Positions 46,269 to 53,933 of a DNA stretch of 64,000 bases are shown in pieces. The notes under the pieces are model-generated. The model searched no databases, was not told where the DNA came from, and saw nothing but the letters and a program-made list of their open reading frames with translations. Origin of the DNA: a virus (taxonomy: Duplodnaviria; Caudoviricetes). Position 1 is the stretch's first letter. Every line of letters begins with the position of its first letter. Made by a program: the position numbers and the translations under genes. The DNA lies in IMG/VR virus record IMGVR_UViG_3300037524_000450, positions 18,784-82,783 of that record; one strand, written 5' to 3'.

Positions 46269-46504
46269 ACTCTACTCAATAGGTAATACTACTGTCTAGA
46301 GGAGGAGCAACCCCTGCCTGGATCTCTGTCTGCTCAAGGCCAGAGTCTAGGACCAGGGGTACGTCTATACCCCGAGCTACGAATCAACTCCTCCGGCTGC
46401 CGGGGGAGGAAGCGCGTCGAAAACCGCCTTGGCGTCGAGTTACGGAGGGCCGTATCTCGCCCCGAGGCTTAACACGGGAGCAGCGCTCCCGAAAGGAGTC
46501 GGTC

Positions 46505-46882
46505 ATGCGTGGTTCGAAGAAGTCCTCGTCGGTGTCGCAGTTCTCGCTCATGGTGGTGCTGAAGCTGGAAGTGCTCTTCAGCAACGGTCCCGCGTGCCTG
46601 GACACGGTGGCGTTCATTCCCAACGACCTCCCGATCCTGGAGGCCCTCCGGGCGGAAGTGCCCGCCGGTTCGCGCCGCACCTTCAACGTGTCGCTGGAGA
46701 AGGCGGAGGCGCTCTACAACGCCGTCGTCGCCTACAAGAACTCCCAGCGCTACGGTTCGGCCTCGTGGCTCGCGGCGAAGTCGGCGCAGGTGGCGATGAA
46801 CTCGCTCCACGCCTACCAGGTGAAGGCCGGTGAGAACGCCCGCTTCACCCTCGTCGTGAACTCGAAGCCCGTCCAGGCGTAA
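46505..46882 (+). CDS. early-type hypothetical protein
   Basis: AAAGGAG RBS and strong GC3 codon bias. Confidence 0.75.
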   Translation: MRGSKKSSSVSQFSLMVVLKLEVLFSNGPACLDTVAFIPNDLPILEALRAEVPAGSRRTFNVSLEKAEALYNAVVAYKNSQRYGSASWLAAKSAQVAMNSLHAYQVKAGENARFTLVVNSKPVQA

Positions 46883-47051
46883 GTGCCTCGCTACAACTAG
46901 AAGCTGCAAGTCAGCATTCGGGTGGCCCCGCAAGGGGCCGCTCTGTAGAGCGCTCCGCCCCTGGGAGCGCTCTAGAGAGCACCGAACGTCGCGCTCTCTC
47001 CGCTTCGACGATCAACTTACTTGGCCGCATAAGGCCAGAAAGGGGAACACC

Positions 47052-47447
47052 ATGGGTGTTCGTCTGTACGCTGAGGTGCCGGTGTCGATTCTCCCCGCGC
47101 TGTTCATGGTCTCCGACGAGCAGTTCGCGGAGGCCCAGGCTCTCGTGGACGCCTGGTTCAACGTCCCGTGCTCGGCCTACGACGAGGAGTGTACCGAGGC
47201 GTGGGATGCCGTTCGCGGCCACTCCCTCGCCTCGGAACTCCTCGATTGGAGGCTCTCCGGCTTCGGGAAGTGGGGCGTCTCGGAGTTGGAGAACTTCCAC
47301 CCCGTAGACGACTGCTGCGGGACGTTCGAGCGGGAGTCGGTGGAGGTCATCTTCGACCTGTTCATCAACCGACTCAAGTCGAAGCGGCGGTACCGCATCG
47401 ACTGGGAGCTGTTCCGGCAGCACTGCTTCAGGTTCACCTGGAGCTAG
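47052..47447 (+). CDS. hypothetical protein (acidic)
   Basis: RBS AAAGGGG and GC3 bias. Confidence 0.75.
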   Translation: MGVRLYAEVPVSILPALFMVSDEQFAEAQALVDAWFNVPCSAYDEECTEAWDAVRGHSLASELLDWRLSGFGKWGVSELENFHPVDDCCGTFERESVEVIFDLFINRLKSKRRYRIDWELFRQHCFRFTWS

Positions 47448-47451
47448 GCGC

Positions 47452-47499
47452 GTAGCGCCACCCGGAGGGACGGCACGTCCCTCCTCCGGGTGTCACTAA
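47452..47499 (+). repeat. intergenic hairpin element, variant copy A
   Basis: TAGCGCCAC...CACTAA flanks are shared with copy D. Long stem CACCCGG-AGGGAC / GTCCCT-CCT-CCGGGTG. Confidence 0.6.
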
Positions 47500-47520
47500 A
47501 CACCTAGAAAGGAGCATCTT

Positions 47521-47796
47521 ATGCTCATCGGTAACCGGAACGGGCGCACCAGCTACCACTTCACCTTGCTGGTGGACAACGAGTGCGCCGGGTTCGAGGA
47601 CCATGTGTTCTTCGCCCCGCTGGAGGCGAAGCACATCTCGCAGATCCTCGACTTGGCCAAGCGGGCCGCCGAGGAGGAGGACGACCCGGAGACCGCGCAC
47701 ATGATCATGGACGGTCTCCTCGTCGCCCTCGCCAACGACGCGGGGCACCAGAACGTCGTGGAGGCGTTCTACAACACCCCGAGGTGGTACGCCTAG
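47521..47796 (+). CDS. hypothetical protein
   Basis: AAAGGAG RBS and GC3 bias. Confidence 0.75.
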   Translation: MLIGNRNGRTSYHFTLLVDNECAGFEDHVFFAPLEAKHISQILDLAKRAAEEEDDPETAHMIMDGLLVALANDAGHQNVVEAFYNTPRWYA

Positions 47797-47799
47797 TCC

Positions 47800-47837
47800 C
47801 ACCGTCCCTGCGCTCCTCCGGGAGCGCAGCATCGGTG
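47800..47837 (+). repeat. intergenic structured RNA element, copy B
   Basis: CACCG-TCC-CTGCGCTCC-TCCG-GGAGCGCAG-CAT-CGGTG. Confidence 0.75.
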
Positions 47838-47874
47838 TGACTATCAACGTTGCGAACCCGCGAAAGGAGTCCTT

Positions 47875-48186
47875 ATGAAGCAGCGTATCATCGGTCGGAA
47901 GGTGTCGGACAAGGAGTACAGGCTCACCCGGCTGGAGGCGGAGCTGCTCTACTACGCGGACGTGAAGTCCACGGGGCGTACTATCTGCACTCCCCTGCCT
48001 CTGAAACCGAACACCGGACGCCACATCTGCCGCACGGGTGCGGTGCTCTACCGGGCGAGCCAGATGGGCAGCCACCCTTACGTTCTCGTGGGTGCCGGTG
48101 CCCTGGAGACCATCGCCATGGACGCGACCACCCTCATGCCCGGAAAGGGCATGGACAAGGTGTTCGCTCAGATCAACCGGAAGTAG
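47875..48186 (+). CDS. hypothetical protein
   Basis: AAAGGAG RBS. Confidence 0.75.
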   Translation: MKQRIIGRKVSDKEYRLTRLEAELLYYADVKSTGRTICTPLPLKPNTGRHICRTGAVLYRASQMGSHPYVLVGAGALETIAMDATTLMPGKGMDKVFAQINRK

Positions 48187-48217
48187 CAGGCCGAATACGG
48201 CCAGAAAGAGAGGCGCT

Positions 48218-48508
48218 ATGCGTAAGTACCTGTTGGATCTTCGGCTGGAGGGCAACTGCTGCGCCGAGTGCGGCGCAGAGCTTGGGGCGGGATTCGGTCT
48301 CGATCCTGCTTGCGACTGCTGCAGCCCCAAGGCGGAGAACGCGGTGAACAATATCGAGCACGGTGATTTCGTCTTCGACGTGCTGATCACCGATAACGGT
48401 AACCTGATGTTCACCGTGTACGAGGTCGGCACCGGCCCGGATGACGAGGATAACCACATCGTGGATATCATCGTCGATAAGGCCACTCTCAAAGTGTCTT
48501 CCTTCTGA
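48218..48508 (+). CDS. Cys-rich (zinc-binding) hypothetical protein
   Basis: CCAECG...ACDCC. RBS GAGAGG. Confidence 0.7.
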   Translation: MRKYLLDLRLEGNCCAECGAELGAGFGLDPACDCCSPKAENAVNNIEHGDFVFDVLITDNGNLMFTVYEVGTGPDDEDNHIVDIIVDKATLKVSSF

Positions 48509-48509
48509 C

Positions 48510-48553
48510 GCTACGCTCCCTGCCCTCCCTTTCGGGAGGGCAGCATGGGTAGC
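48510..48553 (+). repeat. intergenic structured RNA element, copy C
   Basis: GCTAC-GC-TCC-CTGCCCTCCC-TTTC-GGGAGGGCAG-CAT-GG-GTAGC. Confidence 0.75.
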
Positions 48554-48577
48554 ATCATACCCGGAAAAGGAGACTGT

Positions 48578-48808
48578 ATGGCAACACGGATGATTAACGT
48601 GGACTACGGCGCAGGTGGTCGTGAGTACTTCGAGTGCGAAAAGTGTCGTCACGGGGTTGGCACCACTGGCCAACAGGCCAACAAGTGGAACTTCTGCCCC
48701 TTCTGCGGAGAGGGGATCGTGGACCACCGCTGGGTTTGTACCTACGAACCCGAGGACTCGGAAACTCCGGTTAGCGAGTTTCCTGCTTGGTACGTCAAAA
48801 AATCTTGA
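48578..48808 (+). CDS. zinc-ribbon protein
   Basis: CEKC...CPFCG. AAAGGAG RBS. Confidence 0.75.
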   Translation: MATRMINVDYGAGGREYFECEKCRHGVGTTGQQANKWNFCPFCGEGIVDHRWVCTYEPEDSETPVSEFPAWYVKKS

Positions 48809-48819
48809 AAGGAGGCTCT

Positions 48820-49050
48820 ATGGAGCACCTGCAGCGCAGGTTCACCCCGTTCGAGTGCCGGATGATCCGGCTGCTCGGACACCTGAACTGGGACATGATC
48901 GTCAACGACGGCATGTCCGCGCAGCACACCACGGAGTGCGGCTGCGAGTTCTCGCAGATCCGTCGCGTCATCAAGGACGCCGGATACATGCGCGAGGACG
49001 GGTTCTTCGACTGGGAACGGTTCGACCAGGACTACCCCTACACGGAGTAG
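48820..49050 (+). CDS. hypothetical protein
   Basis: AAAGGAGG RBS. Confidence 0.75.
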   Translation: MEHLQRRFTPFECRMIRLLGHLNWDMIVNDGMSAQHTTECGCEFSQIRRVIKDAGYMREDGFFDWERFDQDYPYTE

Positions 49051-49051
49051 C

Positions 49052-49094
49052 GCCACGCTCCCTGCCCCTTCGGGGGCAGCATGGGTGGCACTAA
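49052..49094 (+). repeat. intergenic structured RNA element, copy D
   Basis: GCCAC-GC-TCC-CTGCCCC-TTCG-GGGGCAG-CAT-GG-GTGGC-ACTAA. Confidence 0.75.
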
Positions 49095-49118
49095 CCACTC
49101 AGAAAGAAAGAGGTGCTT

Positions 49119-49322
49119 ATGAGCATGCGTAAGGATCGGATCGCCCGGAAGATGACCGTGCTGCGGATGAAGCGCGACTCGCTGCTCAGCGACCTGGACT
49201 TCTTCAAGGAGCAGGATCTCGACGAGAGCGACACGCGAAGGTTGGAGGTCTACAAGCTCCAGAAGCAGGTCGATGGCATCAACAGGGAAATCTTGTTGCT
49301 GCACTTCGAGTGGAACCGGTAG
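49119..49322 (+). CDS. small coiled-coil hypothetical protein
   Basis: AAGAGG RBS. Confidence 0.7.
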   Translation: MSMRKDRIARKMTVLRMKRDSLLSDLDFFKEQDLDESDTRRLEVYKLQKQVDGINREILLLHFEWNR

Positions 49323-49578
49323 TCTCAAGAGGGGCAGAAAGCTGAGACGGACTATCCTTCCGGATAATTAGAATGAACACGCTACGTGCTGTGTTCCGGA
49401 CGGGGGCGAACTATCAGCGGTATTCCCTGGTCGCGGGGAAGACCATGCTCGAAAACATAAACCCGAGGGTAGCTACAAGGAGGTGCGTATAGATCACGGG
49501 GTTGAGTCTGCCCAAAAACGCAGGTACGTATCTAGTCAACTTACGAACCAACGGCTCGAATTTTTAAGGAGGACTAAA

Positions 49579-50343
49579 ATGTCCAACACTCTGACCACTT
49601 CGCAGATCGCTTCGTTCGACCTGTTCGCCAACAACGTGAAGAGCTACCTGGACGGTGTGTCCACGACCACCAAGTCCAAGGTCGTCCGGATCGTCGAGAA
49701 GGCCACCTTCCTCGACCTGTGGAAGATCGTCGCCCGCCCGTCCAAGCTCGCCCCGGTCATGCAGACCGTGCAGTTCTTCGAGCAGAACGGGCGCACCAAG
49801 TCCAAGTTCCGCCTCCGGAACGAGGACGGCAGCCTGCGCGTGGACGAGGCCGGTGAGCCGGTGTTCAGCCGCACGCACGTCGTGATGTACAAGGCCGAGA
49901 CCTACCGTGCCCTCCGCTCGGAGATCACCGGTCTCGCCACCCCGGAGACCATCTACGGGATCATGTGGAAGGACGTGCCGTCCGACATGCAGACCAAGCT
50001 GCGGCAGTTCTACTTCCCGAACGCGAAGAACTCGAAGGGTGAGACCCTCCCGAGCTTCGTGCCGCAGCTCCTCGGCATCGTGCTCCGCAAGGGCCGGAAG
50101 CCCGTGAAGGGCGAGCGCCGCCACTCGTGGGCCGGGTTCGACTTCGTGATCGCCGGGTTCTACGGCACCGAGAGCACCCCGGTCGTGATCACGCAGGTCT
50201 CGGTGGCGAACAAGCCCTACCTCCAGAACCTCGCCACCTTCGCCCACATCGCCTGCCCGGACTGGGGCCAGGAAGAGGGCGTGAGCGAGGAGATGTCCAA
50301 GGCCGCTTGCGGCATCTACCAGAACCTGGAATTCTCCTTCTAA
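49579..50343 (+). CDS. probably highly expressed hypothetical protein (254 aa)
   Basis: TAAGGAGG RBS, extreme C/G-ending codon bias, and its own terminator. Confidence 0.85.
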   Translation: MSNTLTTSQIASFDLFANNVKSYLDGVSTTTKSKVVRIVEKATFLDLWKIVARPSKLAPVMQTVQFFEQNGRTKSKFRLRNEDGSLRVDEAGEPVFSRTHVVMYKAETYRALRSEITGLATPETIYGIMWKDVPSDMQTKLRQFYFPNAKNSKGETLPSFVPQLLGIVLRKGRKPVKGERRHSWAGFDFVIAGFYGTESTPVVITQVSVANKPYLQNLATFAHIACPDWGQEEGVSEEMSKAACGIYQNLEFSF

Positions 50344-50357
50344 GTGTGATAATATCA

Positions 50358-50383
50358 GGGGGAGCTTCGGCTCCCCTCTTTTT
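50358..50383 (+). terminator. intrinsic terminator
   Basis: GGGGGAGC-TTCG-GCTCCCCT followed by CTTTTT. Confidence 0.85.
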
Positions 50384-50425
50384 GAATGCCCCCTATATGG
50401 GGCCATTCAGAAAGAGAGTCGTTCT

Positions 50426-50608
50426 ATGAAGCAGCCGAGTGTTCGTAGGCAGCGGAGAATCGACGGTGCGGTGGCGCGGCAGGCGGAGCGGGACAAGCGC
50501 TCCCCGGAGAAGCAGCTTCACATTCTCGACCAGCGTCTGGGCGAGAACGAGGGAGCGGACAAGGAGCGTCGTAGGCTCATGTGGCAGATGACGCAGGAGG
50601 TGACATGA
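50426..50608 (+). CDS. small basic phage protein
   Basis: RQAERDKRSPEKQL-x2-LD-x-RLG...KERRRL, a pattern recalled from many phage hypotheticals. Confidence 0.7.
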   Translation: MKQPSVRRQRRIDGAVARQAERDKRSPEKQLHILDQRLGENEGADKERRRLMWQMTQEVT

Positions 50609-50871
50609 TGTTTCGTGTTATCTTTTCCAACGACCAGAAATTTGGCATGTACCGAGTGGTTGCCACGGTAACTACCGTGGAGGAAGCTCGGTTTGCCCGA
50701 CAGGTGTCTGGTGATGTTGTTGTGGATGCTTTGGGAGCTATTGTCACGAAAGATACGTTTTGGCTTCACCCGGATCTTCCAGAGTCTTATGCTAAGCGTT
50801 TGATCGCGTGGCAGAAAGAGCATCCCCACGAACCGTATTTGCAATCTTTGCGTCAAACGGAGATCAAGTGA
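50605..50871 (+). CDS. hypothetical protein
   Basis: AGGAGG RBS and ATGA overlap. Confidence 0.65.
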   Translation: MMFRVIFSNDQKFGMYRVVATVTTVEEARFARQVSGDVVVDALGAIVTKDTFWLHPDLPESYAKRLIAWQKEHPHEPYLQSLRQTEIK

Positions 50872-51125
50872 TGTCCTTGTCTTCTATCCAGATCGCGTTC
50901 AATGGCATTAAGTACGATGTAATCGTAACCTTGAAAGAGCATGGGCTTTGGGAGGCGGTTGCCTGGGTCAGCCTGGGAGAATCTGCAGACTGTGAGGGTG
51001 CTTTCTGTACCGCAGTACGTGACCTGTCCTGGGTTTGTGTGGCTACCACACTCGAAGAGGTGATTCGGGGTCTGCGGGATAGCATCGAGAAAGAGCCTAT
51101 GGAGCAGGATGAGGAGGAGGGATAA
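50871..51125 (+). CDS. hypothetical protein
   Basis: TGATG coupling. Confidence 0.6.
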   Translation: MSLSSIQIAFNGIKYDVIVTLKEHGLWEAVAWVSLGESADCEGAFCTAVRDLSWVCVATTLEEVIRGLRDSIEKEPMEQDEEEG

Positions 51126-51367
51126 TGCTCTTGTGGTTAGTTGCTTATGTCTGCATTGGTGTCGTTATTGGTGTCTTGTTCGCGGCACTTGACGAAGATG
51201 GCGAGGACGCCGGAATAGATGGGGTCATGGCAATCACTGTGACGATGTTTTGGCCCCTTGTGGTTGTAGTGGTAGTGGTGTTTTTGTTCTTATCTTACTT
51301 GAACGATTTCTTTTCCCTTGTGGTTGCTCTTGTTAGAAGGTTTTTGGTTAATAAGGGGGTAATATGA
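51125..51367 (+). CDS. small two-helix membrane protein
   Basis: Two long hydrophobic segments separated by DEDGED. Confidence 0.65.
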   Translation: MLLWLVAYVCIGVVIGVLFAALDEDGEDAGIDGVMAITVTMFWPLVVVVVVVFLFLSYLNDFFSLVVALVRRFLVNKGVI

Positions 51368-51645
51368 AAGACGTTATTCGTGGCAATAGGTTCGAAACCG
51401 ACAAGAACTGTCTCTGTGGTCGGCGGCATTTCGTTTTCAACGAACACCCGCAGGGAGATGACGTTCTGATCTCGAACAAGGAGTACGAGGCTCTCGTCGC
51501 CAAGGCGAAGGAAGTGAAGCAGCTCAAGGATGACCGGGAATCGCTCATCCGTCAGGCGGGCATGCTGATCAAGCAGGTGGACTCCATGTCCTTCAGGATC
51601 GTCCAGTTGCAGAATGGGGTTGCTGATGCCACTGATGAAGTGTGA
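51364..51645 (+). CDS. hypothetical protein
   Basis: ATGA overlap and C-terminal coiled coil. Confidence 0.65.
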   Translation: MKDVIRGNRFETDKNCLCGRRHFVFNEHPQGDDVLISNKEYEALVAKAKEVKQLKDDRESLIRQAGMLIKQVDSMSFRIVQLQNGVADATDEV

Positions 51646-51781
51646 CAAGTGCCACCACGAGTGGGAGACGGTGGACAAGGACGAACCCTGTGACTGGTGC
51701 GGTTCTTCAGGCACGGTCTTGGAAGAGAAAACGGCTCTTGAACGACTTGTGGAGGTTGTAGTGGGTAGGAAAGATTCATGA
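51626..51781 (+). CDS. small zinc-ribbon protein (51 aa)
   Basis: MPLMKCDKCHHEW...PCDWCG, translated by hand. Confidence 0.6.
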   Translation: MPLMKCDKCHHEWETVDKDEPCDWCGSSGTVLEEKTALERLVEVVVGRKDS

Positions 51782-52017
51782 CGTTCTCACGCTGGGATGA
51801 GCTTGTCAAGCTGACCAACAAGGCTGAGGTTGAAGCCAAGACAGCGGCTGATTGGGCACGTCAGAAGTGGGCCGAGGCTTACAAGGCCCGCGAGATTGCG
51901 GAGAAGGCTCAATTGGAAGCTGAGATCGCGGGGCAAAGAATGCGTAAAACCCAAGAAACGCTTGAGGAAGAAAGACTCAAGATGTCCAAGAAAGTTACGG
52001 AAGGGAGTTGGAGATGA
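51778..52017 (+). CDS. coiled-coil hypothetical protein
   Basis: ATGA overlaps at both ends. Confidence 0.65.
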   Translation: MTFSRWDELVKLTNKAEVEAKTAADWARQKWAEAYKAREIAEKAQLEAEIAGQRMRKTQETLEEERLKMSKKVTEGSWR

Positions 52018-52421
52018 ATAGCGTGATTGAGGCTTTTGATAACTTGGCAAGTGAGACGCGGAGGGAAATCGAAGAGCTTGAGGAGACAGTAAGACTTCTT
52101 AACGCCGAGGTGGAGCGGCTGAAGGAGGACGTTCGATTCTGGAACGAAACCGCCATCGAGTACAAGCGGCAGCTTTTTGAAACCATCCGGCGTGGACCTG
52201 AGTCGGCTGGCCTGCACATCATCACCGACGAGCAGATCGACGCGGCATGGACCGATGCATGGAACATGGGCTATGACACGGCTGCATTTGCTCCGCTCGG
52301 CATCGTTGGGTGCTTTGGGTGCAGCGGGAGCGGGGAGGTGGAGGTGAAGGGCTTCGGGATGTTTAGGTGCGACGACTGCAACGGTCACGGCTGGATCATA
52401 GAGGAGCGCGGAGATGGGTGA
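52014..52421 (+). CDS. coiled-coil protein with C-terminal CxxCxGxG zinc finger (paralog 1)
   Basis: HIITDEQIDAAW, CFGCSGSG...CDDCNGHGW. Confidence 0.7.
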   Translation: MNSVIEAFDNLASETRREIEELEETVRLLNAEVERLKEDVRFWNETAIEYKRQLFETIRRGPESAGLHIITDEQIDAAWTDAWNMGYDTAAFAPLGIVGCFGCSGSGEVEVKGFGMFRCDDCNGHGWIIEERGDG

Positions 52422-53046
52422 CGACGTGCGGAGAGTGATTTTGTTTTACGGGGCAGACCGTGGCAAATACCGAGTTGATGACGACGGCACCCATGCCCTC
52501 ATACCGTGGTCGGAGTACGACCGCCTCCGCGCCGAGATGAAAATACTTGGAGACAGCAACTACGAGCTGTGTGAAAAGATCGACCGTCTCCGCGCCGAGG
52601 TTGCCGAGGCAAAGGCATCTCAGAACGGAGATGATGAGGAGCGCGAGAAGCTGCACGAGAAGATCGCGGACCTTCGCGCCGAGGTTGAAGCGGCGAACGA
52701 CAGGGCAGACCACTACATGAGGTCGGACGCCTGCGAGGCAGCAGAGGTGATGCGCCTACAGGCCGAGGTGGAGAGGCTGAAGCTGGAGCACAACGTGGAG
52801 ATCAACCGCCTGCTCGGAGTGAGCGTCTGCTCGGCTCATCACATCACCGACGAGCAGATCGACAAGGCGTGGAAGTTTGGGGAATGCTTCCTCGGGCCAG
52901 CAAGGAACAATCTCCTCAAGCAGCTTTCATTGATTGGCATCGTCAAGTGCCCGGAGTGCGAAGGAGTTGGCGTTGGCGTGTCCGAGCATTGCACCAACTG
53001 TGCCGGTCACGGTTGGATCAGAGAGGAGCGCGGAGATGACCTTTGA
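52414..53046 (+). CDS. coiled-coil protein with C-terminal CxxCxGxG zinc finger (paralog 2)
   Basis: LRAEV repeats, HHITDEQIDKAW, CPECEGVG...CTNCAGHGW. Confidence 0.7.
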   Translation: MGDDVRRVILFYGADRGKYRVDDDGTHALIPWSEYDRLRAEMKILGDSNYELCEKIDRLRAEVAEAKASQNGDDEEREKLHEKIADLRAEVEAANDRADHYMRSDACEAAEVMRLQAEVERLKLEHNVEINRLLGVSVCSAHHITDEQIDKAWKFGECFLGPARNNLLKQLSLIGIVKCPECEGVGVGVSEHCTNCAGHGWIREERGDDL

Positions 53047-53245
53047 TAAAGTAATGGCCGGGGTAAGCCGTCTTACTGGAGCATTATTTGCCTCTGGTTT
53101 TTTTGTTCTTGCCGTACTGAGTATGGACGGAAGTTTGTCAGGGTGTTTTTGGGCATGGTTGTTTTTCTTTAATGGTATTGGGACGGCTGCATTTTTTGGA
53201 GTTTTTTCAAAAAAAGAGGAAGGCAACAATGACCAAGAAACGTAA
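53036..53245 (+). CDS. small membrane protein
   Basis: Two hydrophobic segments. GAGGAG RBS. Confidence 0.55.
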   Translation: MTFDKVMAGVSRLTGALFASGFFVLAVLSMDGSLSGCFWAWLFFFNGIGTAAFFGVFSKKEEGNNDQET

Positions 53246-53420
53246 GCAGCCTTGGACTATTCAGGGGATTAAGAACCCCCTTGCCCGGAGGACGATGTGC
53301 ATTTTGTGTATTCTTCCCCTGTTTGTGCTGACTTTCCTCCTGGAAGGGTTTAAGCTATTCAAAGAACTGGTTCTCGCTATGCCCGATGAGTTTATGGGTG
53401 CATGGAAAGGAAGGACGTAA
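53229..53420 (+). CDS. small membrane protein
   Basis: Basic N-terminus and one hydrophobic helix. Confidence 0.55.
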   Translation: MTKKRKQPWTIQGIKNPLARRTMCILCILPLFVLTFLLEGFKLFKELVLAMPDEFMGAWKGRT

Positions 53421-53675
53421 ATGGCTGATAAGACGTGGATTGTGCAGGAGTACTACTCGTCGCATGGCGTCCACATCGGGACTGTGGATACAGACAGAGA
53501 TGAATCTCTTGCTGAAGTCCTAGTAGATAAGCTCCAGTGGTTTGAAATCGAGGAGAAGGATTCTCCCAATTATGCCGTGTTTGACCAAGTTAGAACCGAT
53601 GGTGTCAGCTTTACTGTCTACAATCGGGAGACAGGAGCCATCGTGGGGAAGATTCGTCTTTACTCCTATGACTGA
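53421..53675 (+). CDS. hypothetical protein
   Basis: Abuts the previous stop. AAGGA RBS. Confidence 0.65.
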   Translation: MADKTWIVQEYYSSHGVHIGTVDTDRDESLAEVLVDKLQWFEIEEKDSPNYAVFDQVRTDGVSFTVYNRETGAIVGKIRLYSYD

Positions 53676-53688
53676 AAGGAGAAATCAA

Positions 53689-53922
53689 ATGGATGACGAG
53701 CTGGACGAGATCGAGGTTTCTGAGGAACAGATCATAGCGGACCTTGCTAAGATCCAGGATAACCTGGGTCAGTTGGCTGGTCGGGTGTTCGCTGAGATCG
53801 AGGATCACGACGCCACAGAAGGTCGTGATTATCATCTCATGTCGATCTGGGCGGAGCTTCGTAACCAACGGGATAAGGTTCTTCAGGTGAAGTTCCTTGT
53901 CAAGAACAGCTACTTGATCTGA
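53689..53922 (+). CDS. hypothetical acidic helical protein
   Basis: AAAGGAG RBS. Confidence 0.7.
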   Translation: MDDELDEIEVSEEQIIADLAKIQDNLGQLAGRVFAEIEDHDATEGRDYHLMSIWAELRNQRDKVLQVKFLVKNSYLI

Positions 53923-53933
53923 AAGGAAGTAAC

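Noticed and set aside
47800-49094. Reading the repeated hairpins as Rho-independent terminators or hammerhead ribozymes
   Set aside because: No U-tract follows them and no CUGANGA/GAAA hammerhead core is present.
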